From: an uncultured Candidatus Saccharibacteria bacterium
GTDB lineage: Bacteria; Patescibacteriota; Minisyncoccia; Phycocordibacterales; DATDWN01
Assembly (NCBI GenBank): GCA_964469605.1
Contig: CAYXZA010000003.1
Location: 3,721-67,720, forward strand
DNA length: 64,000 nucleotides
Reading direction: 5' to 3'
Shown here one piece after another: positions 10,343-20,422 of the stretch. Under the pieces are notes generated by a model. That model did not search any database and had not been told where the DNA came from. It worked only from the letters and a program-made list of their open reading frames with translations. How positions within the stretch are numbered: the stretch's first letter is position 1; every line of letters begins with the position of its first letter. The translations under genes and the position numbers were made by a program.

Positions 10343-10654
10343 ATGGTAAAGAAATTGTATGTAGGGAATCTTCCTTATAGCGTCACAGACGCAAAGCTAA
10401 AAGATATGTTTTCACAAGCTGGAACTGTCTTGTCAGCTACTATTATTATGGAAAGACAACCTGTAGTTCGTTCTAAAGGTTTTGGTTTCGTTGAAATGGA
10501 AGATTCTGAAGCTGATAATGCTATCTCTATGTTTAATGACCAAGAACTAGATGGTAGAAAATTGGTTGTTAATGTTGCTCGTCCAATGGAACCAAGAGCT
10601 CCAAGGACAGGTGGCTATAACAGAGGAGGTGATAGAGGTGGTAGAAATTGGTAA
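10343..10654 (+). CDS. RRM RNA-binding protein
   Basis: KLYVGNL (RNP2), SKGFGFVEM (RNP1), Gly/Arg-rich tail. Confidence 0.95.
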   Translation: MVKKLYVGNLPYSVTDAKLKDMFSQAGTVLSATIIMERQPVVRSKGFGFVEMEDSEADNAISMFNDQELDGRKLVVNVARPMEPRAPRTGGYNRGGDRGGRNW

Positions 10655-10679
10655 TCTTTTCCAGTTTTCTATACACAAA

Positions 10680-10708
10680 CAAAAATCGCTCAAATGAGCG
10701 ATTTTTGT
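10680..10708 (+). terminator. Intrinsic terminator
   Basis: CAAAAATCGCTC-AAAT-GAGCGATTTTTG hairpin. Confidence 0.8.
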
Positions 10709-10722
10709 TATTATATATTTAT

Positions 10723-11175
10723 ATGTATAGATATATACCAATAATTTTTATTCTTGTTGTTTTAATATTTCAAATACTTTCTTTTGGTCAAGGGACAAAT
10801 CAGAAAGGTTTATATATGGTTTTGGGTGATCAAAAATTTCAAACAGAAATCGTAGATACTCCTTCTTTAAGAAACAAAGGTCTTTCTGGTAGGGACTCTT
10901 TATGTGCCAACTGTGCAATGCTCTTTGTTTTTGAAAATGAGGGTGATTATAGATTTTGGATGAGAGATATGAAATTTCCAATAGACATAATCTGGTTAAA
11001 TAAAGAAGGACAGATTATTTATAGAAAAGAAAATCTAAATCCAGATACTTTTCCACAAACTTTTGGTATAGGGGAAGGTCAAAATAAAAACAAATCTCTG
11101 TATGTGGTTGAGGTTCCTTCTGGGTCATACAACAAATATAACCTTTACATAGGTCAAAAAATTTTATCTAAATAA
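10723..11175 (+). CDS. DUF192-family protein
   Basis: GLSGR, MLFVF, FWMRDMKFPIDIIW, YVVEVPSG; N-terminal TM. Confidence 0.9.
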   Translation: MYRYIPIIFILVVLIFQILSFGQGTNQKGLYMVLGDQKFQTEIVDTPSLRNKGLSGRDSLCANCAMLFVFENEGDYRFWMRDMKFPIDIIWLNKEGQIIYRKENLNPDTFPQTFGIGEGQNKNKSLYVVEVPSGSYNKYNLYIGQKILSK

Positions 11176-11504
11176 TTTACCATTTTTCTAAAAGCTTTTT
11201 TAAAAACCTTTATTTTCTGCAATTTTTTCAGATAAAATTTTACAACAAAAAAAATCTATTTTAAAAATGTATTTTTTTGGTAAGTTGTCCACTTTTTTGT
11301 AATTTTTTATTTGTTTTTAATGTAAAATTATCTTCACCTAATAGTTTTTTAAAATTTTTAGTAAAAATAGTCGCAAATTTTGTTAAAAATTAGATTTTTT
11401 TGGGTTTTGGTCTTTAAATTATCATAAAAATATATATTTTTTTGGGAATATATCTTTATGAATCTTAAAATCAAATTTTAATAGTTTTGTTTAAATAGTT
11501 TATT

Positions 11505-14183
11505 ATGAATATCACCATAAAAAGATTTGATGGAACAAGGGTTCCATTTAATGCAGATAAAATAAATAGATCGATAGAAAGGGCTTGTGTTGGTTTATCT
11601 GATCCAATATCAAAAGTTACACAAATTGCTACTGAAACCAGACTTACTCTTTATGATGGTATAACAACAGAGGAGATAGATCAGGCAACCATAAATGCTG
11701 CTGTTCAGAATATAAAAGAAGATATTGGTTTTGATAAAGTTGCTGTTAGACTTCTTTTGAAAACCGTTTATAGAAAGGTTTTAGGTGATTATAGTAAAGA
11801 TAATTTTTCAGAATTAAATTTAAAACATAAAGAAGGTTTTATAAACTATATAAACAAAGGTGTTGAAGACGGAAGACTTGATCCTAAAATGAAAAACTTA
11901 TTTAACTTAAACGAACTATCTTCTACTTTGGATTTAGAAAGAGATGAGCTTTTTACTTATGCTGGACTTGATAGTTTGCTTAACAGATATGCACTAAAAA
12001 ACATTGATCAAAGTCCAAGGGAGACTCCTCAATATTTCTTTATGAGAATTGCTATGGGTCTTTCATACAACGAATCTGATCCAACGGCTATGGCTAAAAA
12101 GTTCTATACAAAAATGTCCAAACTTGAATACATAGCAGGAGGTTCAACAAATCTTGCTGCTGGAACACCAAAACCAGCTCTTTCAAATTGTTTCTTGCTT
12201 GAAATTCATGATGATATGGGACATATTGCAAAATCTGTTTCAGATGTAATGCTTCTCTCTAAGGCATCTGGTGGTATAGGTGCATCTATAACAAAACTTA
12301 GAGCTTCTGGTTCTCCACTTCATTCAAACAATGGAACATCGACAGGTCCAACTCCTTTTGCAAAGATAATAGACACTGCTATTCGTGCAATACAGCGAGG
12401 TGGAAAGAAAAAAGGTGCACTGTGTTTTTATATGGAAAATTGGCATATAGATTTTCCAGAATTTTTAGATTGGAAACACAATGCAGGTGATGACTATATG
12501 AGAATGAGAACAGCAAATACTGCGGTTTTTCTCTCTGATGAATTTATGAAAAGAGTTGATAGTTCTGAGCAGTGGTATATGTTTGATCCAAAAGAAACAT
12601 CAGATCTAAATGAGCTTTATGGTCAAGAATTTTCAAAAAGATATCTTGAATATATACAAATGGCTGAGGAGGGTAAACTTCGTGTCTTTAAAAAAGTTCC
12701 AGCAAAGGAACAGTTTAGAAAAATACTTGTATCACTTCAAACTACTTCTCACCCTTGGCTCACATGGAAAGATCCTATAAATATTCGTGCACTAAACAAC
12801 AATACCGGAACTATACATATGTCAAATCTTTGCACAGAAATATGTTTACCTCAGGACAAGGATCATATTGCTGTATGTAACTTGGCATCTATAAATCTTG
12901 CTGCTCATATTAAAAACAAGGAAGTTAATTGGGGTAAACTTGAAGAATCTGTTCGTTTGGCAATAAGGCAGTTAGACAATCTGATAGATATAAATGTTTT
13001 GCCAATAGTTGAAGCTGAAAGATCTGACAAAGAGAATAGAGCAATAGGACTTGGAGTTATGGGTTTTGCTGATGCTATTGAACAACTTGGGATGTCTTAT
13101 GATAGCAATTATTCTGCCGATTTTGCTGATAGGATTTTTGAATTTATATCATATATGGCAATAGATGAGAGTAGTAACTTGGCGGCAGAGAAAGGAAGTT
13201 ATATAAACTTTGAAGGGTCAATGTGGTCAAAAGGAAAAGTTCCTGTTGATACTTTGGATATATTGGAAAGACAAAGAGGTATGGCACTTACTGTAAATAA
13301 AGAAAGTAAACACAAGGGTCTAAATTGGAATACTCTAAGAGAAAAAGTTAAAAAAGGAATGAGAAATGCTACACTTTTAGCGGTTGCTCCAAATGCAAAC
13401 ATTGGTTTAGTTGCTGGAACAACTCCGGGTATTGATGCTCGTTTTGCTCAAGTTTTTTCTAGAAATAAAATATCTGGAAAATATCTTGATATAAATCATA
13501 ATCTAGTAAAAGATTTGGTTAATATTGGAATATGGGATTCTGTAAAAGACAAGATAATAGAAAGTCAGGGTGATATTGCTGATATTTCAGGGATACCACA
13601 ACATTTAAAAGATTTGTATAAAACTTCTTTTACAACATCACCTCTTTCTTATATAGAAGTTGCTGCTAGGGCTCAAAAGTGGGTTGATCAGGCACTTTCT
13701 AGAAATATGTATCTGGAAACAAGAGATGTGGATGAGACTATGGATATATATAAAACAGCTTGGAAAAAAGGAGTTAAAACTACATATTATCTACATATGA
13801 AACCACGACATACAGCAGAGCAGTCAACTGTTGCAGTTAACAAAGCGGTAAAGATTGGAAAAGTTGGTTTCGGTGCTATAAGTTCACTTTCAAGTTCGCC
13901 TGCTTTTTCAATGCCACTTCAAAAATCTTTTGATTCAACTCCTGAAAATATACAAATAAAAGAAGATGTAAAACCAGAAGTTTTAGAAGTTAAAGTCGAA
14001 GAAAATAAAGCTCCTGAGAATATTTTAATTGCAAATCCTGTTGTAAGTCCGATACAAAATGTCTCAACACAAAATATTGATATAAAAAAAGAAGAAAAAG
14101 TTGCAGTTTTAGTAGAAAAGAGTAATATAAATGCTCCAGAAGATCCGGCAGAAGATGCAAATGTTTGTATTGCTTGTCAATAA
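11505..14183 (+). CDS. nrdA: Ribonucleoside-diphosphate reductase alpha subunit with ATP cone
   Basis: ATP cone, LSNCF, SNLCTEI, VCNLASIN, KTTYY, terminal CIAC. Confidence 0.97.
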   Translation: MNITIKRFDGTRVPFNADKINRSIERACVGLSDPISKVTQIATETRLTLYDGITTEEIDQATINAAVQNIKEDIGFDKVAVRLLLKTVYRKVLGDYSKDNFSELNLKHKEGFINYINKGVEDGRLDPKMKNLFNLNELSSTLDLERDELFTYAGLDSLLNRYALKNIDQSPRETPQYFFMRIAMGLSYNESDPTAMAKKFYTKMSKLEYIAGGSTNLAAGTPKPALSNCFLLEIHDDMGHIAKSVSDVMLLSKASGGIGASITKLRASGSPLHSNNGTSTGPTPFAKIIDTAIRAIQRGGKKKGALCFYMENWHIDFPEFLDWKHNAGDDYMRMRTANTAVFLSDEFMKRVDSSEQWYMFDPKETSDLNELYGQEFSKRYLEYIQMAEEGKLRVFKKVPAKEQFRKILVSLQTTSHPWLTWKDPINIRALNNNTGTIHMSNLCTEICLPQDKDHIAVCNLASINLAAHIKNKEVNWGKLEESVRLAIRQLDNLIDINVLPIVEAERSDKENRAIGLGVMGFADAIEQLGMSYDSNYSADFADRIFEFISYMAIDESSNLAAEKGSYINFEGSMWSKGKVPVDTLDILERQRGMALTVNKESKHKGLNWNTLREKVKKGMRNATLLAVAPNANIGLVAGTTPGIDARFAQVFSRNKISGKYLDINHNLVKDLVNIGIWDSVKDKIIESQGDIADISGIPQHLKDLYKTSFTTSPLSYIEVAARAQKWVDQALSRNMYLETRDVDETMDIYKTAWKKGVKTTYYLHMKPRHTAEQSTVAVNKAVKIGKVGFGAISSLSSSPAFSMPLQKSFDSTPENIQIKEDVKPEVLEVKVEENKAPENILIANPVVSPIQNVSTQNIDIKKEEKVAVLVEKSNINAPEDPAEDANVCIACQ

Positions 14184-14210
14184 ATTTATAAATTTAATTT
14201 TTTAAAAAAT

Positions 14211-15236
14211 ATGTCACTAATAGGAAAAGCTTCACCAGAAGATATGAATTTACATCCACTAAATTATAAGTGGGCTTATGATCTATACAATCAAGCTGTT
14301 AGAAACACTTGGTTTCCTCATGAAATAGCTTTAAAAGAAGATCTAGAAGATTTTCAGAAAATGACAGATGATGAAAGACACGCTGTAAAGTTTTTAATGG
14401 CTTTCTTTAATCCGGCAGAGCTGATTGTAAACAGGTCTATTGCACTTGGTATTTATCCTTATCTAAAATCCCCAGAATGTCATCTCTATCTTGCTAAACA
14501 GATGTGGGAAGAGGCAAACCATTGTGTTGCTTTTGAATATGTTTTGGAGACTTTTCCATTTGATAGAGAAAAAATATTCAATTTACATCTTGAAGTTCCT
14601 TCAATGAAAGCAAAAGAGGATTATATAAACAAATATATGAAGAGGATGACAGAAGATTCTTTGGATATTTCAACTGTCGATGGTAAAAAAGATTTTATCA
14701 GGAATTTGGTTGCTACAAATATTGTTATGGAAGGTGTTTGGTTTTACTCTGGATTTATGGTGGCACTTTCTTTTAGACAAAGAAATCAACTAAGAAATTT
14801 TGGTTCAATGATAAACTGGGTTTTAAGAGATGAGTCTCTTCATTTAAAATTTGGTATGAATCTCATTCATAATATTTTAGAAGAAAATCCAGAACTTTTG
14901 ACAGAAGAGTTTGCTGCTGAAATAAGAAACATTGTTATAGAAGGTGTAGATAGGGAAGTTGACTACAACAGAGATCTTTTTCCAAACGGAATCTTGGGAC
15001 TAAATGCTGATTATGTAAACCAATATGTTCAGTATGTTGCAGACAGAAGACTTGAAGAACTTGGTCTTCCAAAATATTACAATGCTACAAATCCAGCAAA
15101 ATGGATGTCAGCAGCAACAGATGTTTATGAGCTTGTAAATTTTTTTGAGGCACAAAACACTAGCTATGAAGTAGATGTAAAATCTGCAGAGACGAAGAAA
15201 GGTGTAAATGAATCAAAAATTGAATCTAGGGAATAA
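14211..15236 (+). CDS. nrdB: Ribonucleotide reductase beta subunit, class Ic-like
   Basis: EEANH, EGVWFYSGF, RDESLH, NFFE; Phe at the radical Tyr position. Confidence 0.95.
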   Translation: MSLIGKASPEDMNLHPLNYKWAYDLYNQAVRNTWFPHEIALKEDLEDFQKMTDDERHAVKFLMAFFNPAELIVNRSIALGIYPYLKSPECHLYLAKQMWEEANHCVAFEYVLETFPFDREKIFNLHLEVPSMKAKEDYINKYMKRMTEDSLDISTVDGKKDFIRNLVATNIVMEGVWFYSGFMVALSFRQRNQLRNFGSMINWVLRDESLHLKFGMNLIHNILEENPELLTEEFAAEIRNIVIEGVDREVDYNRDLFPNGILGLNADYVNQYVQYVADRRLEELGLPKYYNATNPAKWMSAATDVYELVNFFEAQNTSYEVDVKSAETKKGVNESKIESRE

Positions 15237-15270
15237 GGTGTTGTTTCTTTAAATTTATAAAAATGAAAAA

Positions 15271-15314
15271 CCGCCAGCCCGCGCCGACGATTTTTCTCGT
15301 CGATCGACTGGCGG
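15271..15314. terminator. GC-rich hairpin between convergent nrdB and the cassette gene
   Basis: CCGCCAG...CTGGCGG stem preceded by an A run. Confidence 0.65.
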
Positions 15315-15319
15315 GTGAG

Positions 15320-15715
15320 TTAGTCCGTCACTTCAGTGACGTACCAACCTTTCCCGTGGGTGACAGGAAGACCACATGCCTGGTATTCTTGGTAGAATAC
15401 CACTCTGACCTTTCTGTAGATTTTTTCGCCGAAGATTTTCACTTTGGCGATAGTGTGGGCGTAAGCCGCACACGTTTCTAGGTGGATGTTTCCTTCGCCC
15501 CTCCAATCCTTGGAGGGGCTACCGGAGGCAGGCTTTGTCCACCTCACCTCCGTTACTAGGGCGAGGTTTTTCTCTCGCGCCCACCAGCAGACGGCAACCG
15601 CGGTCTTGCCGACGGGGCAAGCAACTGCCCAGCAACACTCTAGTTTCCACTGAAGAGGAGTTTCAGGTTCCTCTTTGGAGAGGACGTATTTCATCATCTC
15701 TGTTATCATTGGCAT
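15320..15715 (-). CDS. GC-rich hypothetical protein (accessory cassette)
   Basis: 131 aa; purine-rich AAGGGAG ribosome-binding site upstream; own promoter and terminator. Confidence 0.7.
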   Translation of the reverse strand: MPMITEMMKYVLSKEEPETPLQWKLECCWAVACPVGKTAVAVCWWAREKNLALVTEVRWTKPASGSPSKDWRGEGNIHLETCAAYAHTIAKVKIFGEKIYRKVRVVFYQEYQACGLPVTHGKGWYVTEVTD

Positions 15716-15817
15716 AGGAGTTTCCTCCCTTTCTTTCGTTTGGTTTGGTTTTGCTCATCCAAACGATTTGCTGCTGTACCCAGCAGATAGGTGCTAGAGC
15801 GAGCACCTCTGTTCTAT

Positions 15818-15908
15818 ATTATATCATTTTTAGATGTAAAAGTCAATAACAACCCTCTTTTGTTTTATTGATATAATATTTTAATCTAAAAATAATTTTA
15901 AAAACAAT
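15818..15908. repeat. Direct repeat copy 1, containing a minus-strand sigma70 promoter
   Basis: 15818-15882 identical to 17321-17385; minus strand reads TTGACT-17 nt-TATAAT. Confidence 0.95.
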
Positions 15909-15957
15909 AAAAGCACCTGGGGTTGAGCCAGGTGCGTAGGGTTTAAAACATGAGAAA

Positions 15958-17295
15958 CTAGCGGCGAGTCTTAGCTCGGTGAGCAACTTCTTTGAGTTGT
16001 CCCTTGCCACGCTCGTGAGGTCGAACATAGGTCTCATTATCGGCGAGCATGATGCCATGCTCTTCTGCTCGCTTGCGTGATTCTGGCGTGGCCTTCTTGC
16101 CTTGCGGAAGTCGGCGGATATGCCAGATCACTTCGTGGCGAGAGATTTCACGAGAACGCTTGGTTGTGTCGGCATCCGCCTTTTCAATTTCCTCTTCCAA
16201 CTCTTGGAGGAGTAAGTCCACGTTTTCGAGTGAACGGATACGCGGAATGAAGAGGTCGAGGTTAAGAAAATGCTTTTTCTTCAGGATATTCTTGATCCTG
16301 TCGAGCACTCCTACGGCGATCGGTGGCTTTGGCATTTTCTCAACTGTCGTGATCGGAACCACGAGGTCGTAGAGTCGGAGAGCTTGAGTGAAGCGAAGGT
16401 ATTCATATAGAGCCACATTGTTGCGACGCTCGAAGAATTGGCGAACAGGCATGAGCCCGAGACCGTAGGAAGCATCCATTTCTCCTTTGATATCCAACGT
16501 CATGAAAACGTGGGCTGGGAAAGAAATTTCCGCACCTACAAATCTACTAATTCCAACTACTCGTTCGGTAGCTTTCGCTCCGATCTGGATGAGGGACTCC
16601 TTGTCTGACAGTCCGATGAAAGCGAACTGTGGAGATATGAACTCTGTCCAGCCAGGGATGAGTTCTCGAATTTCGCAGAAGTCCATGAAGACCCATGCTT
16701 GCGAGGGATCGTGGAGCATGCCATCTTGGAAGAAAGAGTTTTTGACTCCGTACTTCCGAAGGATGGCGAGCTCGTTGATCATATTGGTCGCGTCTTTGGC
16801 TGCTTGGATCGAGTGCTCCTCAATCATGTCTTTTGCTTCTTGTCCAAGCGTAGGGTGAACGAAGAGTTGAGAGGCGAGCCATTCAACTCTATTGACTTCA
16901 CGAACGAAATTCTCCAGACTACTGAACTTGGAATAGAACCAAGTTTCTGTTCCAGTGCCAGAGGCGGAGAGATCAATGTACGTCTTGAGAGTTGCCATGT
17001 TCTTTTCGCCCTTGTCCATTTCAGTTGCGAAGTATGCGGCTACTGCCTGCATTAGCATGTTGCTGCGATTGGTCGAAGCATTTTTGCCAATGCTGTTGAC
17101 TTTGATGCCATCGATCGTGTAGCAGACATCCATATAGGACTGTAGGGCACGATTGAAGTCTTGGTTTTTGACGTAGCGCGTATAGATATCACGCGCCAGT
17201 CTCTTAAGCGTATCGTAAGAGCAGTTCGCGCTGCGAACCAGCACTTGGACCTGCACCTTGAAGGTGAAGTTGGGAATGTCTCGCCATGTGAACAT
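15958..17295 (-). CDS. GC-rich hypothetical protein (~445 aa) with phage-like His/Arg C-terminal motif
   Basis: ATG at 17295 after GGAGG; HEVIWHIRRL...TYVRPHERG; terminator GCACCTGG/CCAGGTGC at 15913-15936. Confidence 0.8.
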   Translation of the reverse strand: MFTWRDIPNFTFKVQVQVLVRSANCSYDTLKRLARDIYTRYVKNQDFNRALQSYMDVCYTIDGIKVNSIGKNASTNRSNMLMQAVAAYFATEMDKGEKNMATLKTYIDLSASGTGTETWFYSKFSSLENFVREVNRVEWLASQLFVHPTLGQEAKDMIEEHSIQAAKDATNMINELAILRKYGVKNSFFQDGMLHDPSQAWVFMDFCEIRELIPGWTEFISPQFAFIGLSDKESLIQIGAKATERVVGISRFVGAEISFPAHVFMTLDIKGEMDASYGLGLMPVRQFFERRNNVALYEYLRFTQALRLYDLVVPITTVEKMPKPPIAVGVLDRIKNILKKKHFLNLDLFIPRIRSLENVDLLLQELEEEIEKADADTTKRSREISRHEVIWHIRRLPQGKKATPESRKRAEEHGIMLADNETYVRPHERGKGQLKEVAHRAKTRR

Positions 17296-17320
17296 TACAT
17301 TAACACTGCCTCCGACTCGA

Positions 17321-17412
17321 ATTATATCATTTTTAGATGTAAAAGTCAATAACAACCCTCTTTTGTTTTATTGATATAATATTTTCATCTAAAATAATTT
17401 TTTAAAAACAAT
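17321..17412. repeat. Direct repeat copy 2 (divergent promoter region upstream of gap)
   Basis: Matches 15818-15908; ends within the gap ATG. Confidence 0.95.
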
Positions 17413-18442
17413 GAAAAAAATCAAAGTTGCAATAAATGGTGCTGGTAGGATAGGAAGAGCTTTTCTCAAAATCGCTGAAAAAAGAGATGATTTGGAGGTG
17501 GTGGCATTAAATGATCTTGGAAATATAGATAACATTGCTTATCTTTTAAAATATGACACCGCTTATGGCAGAAGTGGTCTTGATGTAAAAGTGGGAGGAG
17601 ACAAAAAAACTATTTTAATTGATGGGAGAGAAGTTAAATTTGTGTCAGAAAAAGATCCAAAAAATTTACCTTGGAAAGATTTTGATATTGATGTGGTGGT
17701 TGAATCCACAGGGTTTTTCACAAGTTATGATGGAGCAAGAGCTCATATAGAAGCTGGAGCCAAAAAAGTTGTAATCTCTGCACCTGCAAAAGATGATCCT
17801 GTTTTAGATACCGATGGTATGATACTTATGGGGGTAAACTGTGATACTTTGAAAGATAAGATCGTTACTTCAAATGCTTCTTGCACAACAAATGCTGGTT
17901 CACCTGTTATTTCCATACTTCATAAAGAGATTGGTATAGAAAAAGCTATTTTAAATACTACTCATGCATATACAGGTAGTCAGTCGATAGTTGATGGTCC
18001 AAATGCTAAAGATTTTAAAGAGGGTAGAGCTGGGGCATCAAATATGGCACCAACTTCAACTGGTGCTGCAAAAGCTACTGCAAAAGTTATAACAGATTTA
18101 AAAGGTAAGTTTGATGGTATTTCAGTTAGGGTTCCTGTTATTGCAGGTTCTATTGCTGATATAACTTTCATTGCAAAAAGAAATACAACAGTTGAGGAGG
18201 TTAATAGTATTTTAAAGAAAGCATCACAAGATAAACATTGGCAGAAAATCTTTTCAGTTGTAGAAGATCCAATAGTATCTAGTGATATTTTAGGACTACC
18301 ATTTGCTTCTATTGCAGATCTTGGACTTACAAAAGTTGTCGATGGGAATCTGGTTAAAGTTATGGCTTGGTATGATAACGAAATGGGTTATACACACTCA
18401 CTTGTTGAGCATGTGATCAAAACTGGTGGTTTTATAGATTAA
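17411..18442 (+). CDS. gap: Glyceraldehyde-3-phosphate dehydrogenase
   Basis: INGAGRIGR, SNASCTTN, WYDNEMGY. Confidence 0.97.
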   Translation: MKKIKVAINGAGRIGRAFLKIAEKRDDLEVVALNDLGNIDNIAYLLKYDTAYGRSGLDVKVGGDKKTILIDGREVKFVSEKDPKNLPWKDFDIDVVVESTGFFTSYDGARAHIEAGAKKVVISAPAKDDPVLDTDGMILMGVNCDTLKDKIVTSNASCTTNAGSPVISILHKEIGIEKAILNTTHAYTGSQSIVDGPNAKDFKEGRAGASNMAPTSTGAAKATAKVITDLKGKFDGISVRVPVIAGSIADITFIAKRNTTVEEVNSILKKASQDKHWQKIFSVVEDPIVSSDILGLPFASIADLGLTKVVDGNLVKVMAWYDNEMGYTHSLVEHVIKTGGFID

Positions 18443-18459
18443 TAAAAAATAAAAATTAT

Positions 18460-18699
18460 ATGACAGAAAATTTTTTAATAAAAGGAGTTGATTTTTGGAC
18501 AGAAGAGATAAAAAAAGCAAATGTTTTTAATGAATTAAAGCATTTTAATGATGTTATCACAGGTAACAATGCTCCTTCTGGATATGGAAAAGCTGTTTTA
18601 ACCGATATTACTCTTGATGGAAAAAAATGTGATATTTATCATACTGATTCAAAACAAGGTGATAGTGGACATAGGATTTATATTCATATCAAATCATAA
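18460..18699 (+). CDS. Hypothetical protein
   Basis: 79-aa ORF in operon context. Confidence 0.65.
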   Translation: MTENFLIKGVDFWTEEIKKANVFNELKHFNDVITGNNAPSGYGKAVLTDITLDGKKCDIYHTDSKQGDSGHRIYIHIKS

Positions 18700-18710
18700 T
18701 TTTAAAAATT

Positions 18711-19133
18711 ATGTCTCTTGAAGATATTAAAGATCCATATAAAAAGATAGTCTTTAAAGAAGATGAGGGTTTTTATGGAGGTGACCATAATGTTCCTTAT
18801 AATATTTATTACGATATTGTTTGTAAAGATGAAGATATTACAGGAGGATTTTTCATTTGCGCTGAAAATCCAGCTTATTTTGTTTTGACGAATGATACTG
18901 AAGGTGGTTATTCTTTGTCTATCTATATTCATAAAAGTGTTCCAAGAGAATTTGTGGACATATTATTCTTTCATGAAATTAAAGAGGCAGAGTTTAAGTT
19001 TAGCAAGGAAATTGAACCTTCTGTGTGTCATAAAATGGCAGTTGAAGAAGAAGGAAAGTATTTAGAAAGAAATTTTAATAATGAGCAGATAATTAGATTC
19101 AAGGAATATGAAGCTACTATAAGAAAAATATAA
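18711..19133 (+). CDS. Hypothetical protein, possible metal-binding HE..E/H motif
   Basis: FFHEIKE...CHKMA; acidic. Confidence 0.65.
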   Translation: MSLEDIKDPYKKIVFKEDEGFYGGDHNVPYNIYYDIVCKDEDITGGFFICAENPAYFVLTNDTEGGYSLSIYIHKSVPREFVDILFFHEIKEAEFKFSKEIEPSVCHKMAVEEEGKYLERNFNNEQIIRFKEYEATIRKI

Positions 19134-19181
19134 TACATGTGCCAGTTGTGTGTTTTGTGAATAAATAATAAAATATATTTT

Positions 19182-19631
19182 ATGAACATATATATTGCAT
19201 CGGATCATGCGGGGTTTGAACTAAAAGCTTTTTTAAAGTCTAGGTTTGCTGATGATGGTATGAGAGTTTTAGATCTGGGGCCAGAGGACTTTGTATTAGA
19301 AGACGATTATCCAGAGTTTATTTCTAAAGTTGCAAAAGAGGTTTCAAAAGATTCTTCCTCTAAGGGTATTGTTATAGGTTATTCTGGTCAAGGAGAGGCT
19401 ATTGTTTCAAACAGGTTTCCAAATATAAGATGTGCAGTTTACTATGGAGGTGATAAAAACATACTCAGACTTTCAAGAGAGCATAATGATTCAAATGTTC
19501 TTTCTTTGGGAGCTCATTTTTTAGATAAAGAAGAAGCTTACGAAGCTGTGTCTTATTGGATTAAAACAGAATTTTCTCACGAAGCAAGACATATAAGAAG
19601 AATAAATGAGATAGAAGATTATCCAAATTAA
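19182..19631 (+). CDS. rpiB: Ribose-5-phosphate isomerase B
   Basis: IASDHAGFELK, DDYP, SREHNDSNVLSLG, RHIRRI. Confidence 0.95.
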   Translation: MNIYIASDHAGFELKAFLKSRFADDGMRVLDLGPEDFVLEDDYPEFISKVAKEVSKDSSSKGIVIGYSGQGEAIVSNRFPNIRCAVYYGGDKNILRLSREHNDSNVLSLGAHFLDKEEAYEAVSYWIKTEFSHEARHIRRINEIEDYPN

Positions 19632-19639
19632 AAAACAAA

Positions 19640-20308
19640 ATGGCAAAAGTCATTCCAGCTATAATACCAAAAAAATTTTCTGATATAGAAGAAAAAGTTT
19701 CTTTGGTTAAGGATTTTGTATCAAAGGTTCAGATTGATATTTGTGATGGTATTTTTGCATCTCCAAAAACTTGGCCATATGAAAATATTGATTTTTTCAA
19801 TGACTTGATTTCAGAAAAAGAAAGTTTTCCATTTTGGCAGGATGTAGATTATCAAGTTCATCTTATGGTTTCAAATCCAGAAGATGTTGTCTTAAATTGG
19901 TCTAAAACAACTGTTACTGATGTTATATTTCATATAGAAGCTACTTCAAAACCACTAGAAGTCATAGATATTTTAAGAGATCAGAGTATAAATGTCGGTC
20001 TTTCTGTAAAACCATCAACTCCAAATGAAAGTTTTTTACATCTGTTAGATAAAATAGATTTTTTACAGATTATGGGATCAGATGAGATCGGCAAAAATCA
20101 CATACCACTGCAAGATCCGGCTCTTTTGAAAGTAGATTTTTTTAGAAAAAATTTTCCAAATCTAGATTTATATTTTGACATAGGTGTAAATGAAGATACT
20201 GCAAAAGATTTAATAAAAAGAGGTGTTAAGTTTTTGATCTCTGGTAGTTTTATTTTTGATAATTCAAATCCTGTTTCTGTTATAAATGAAATTGAAAATA
20301 TAAAATAA
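19640..20308 (+). CDS. rpe: Ribulose-phosphate 3-epimerase
   Basis: QIDICDG, VHLMV, FHIEA, DIGVN, SGSFIF. Confidence 0.9.
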   Translation: MAKVIPAIIPKKFSDIEEKVSLVKDFVSKVQIDICDGIFASPKTWPYENIDFFNDLISEKESFPFWQDVDYQVHLMVSNPEDVVLNWSKTTVTDVIFHIEATSKPLEVIDILRDQSINVGLSVKPSTPNESFLHLLDKIDFLQIMGSDEIGKNHIPLQDPALLKVDFFRKNFPNLDLYFDIGVNEDTAKDLIKRGVKFLISGSFIFDNSNPVSVINEIENIK

Positions 20309-20422
20309 TTTTAAAATCAGAGAAATAAAATATGATTTTAAAGACTCTTAAACACATCTTATGGTCAAATTGTCCACATGAATATATCTTTGATTTTTAT
20401 TTTTGTTATATAATATTTACAA

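Noticed and set aside
17296-17355. N-terminal extension of the 465-aa ORF (likewise the TTG starts at 54780 and 55369)
   Set aside because: The TTG is the -35 box of a promoter; the true starts lie downstream.
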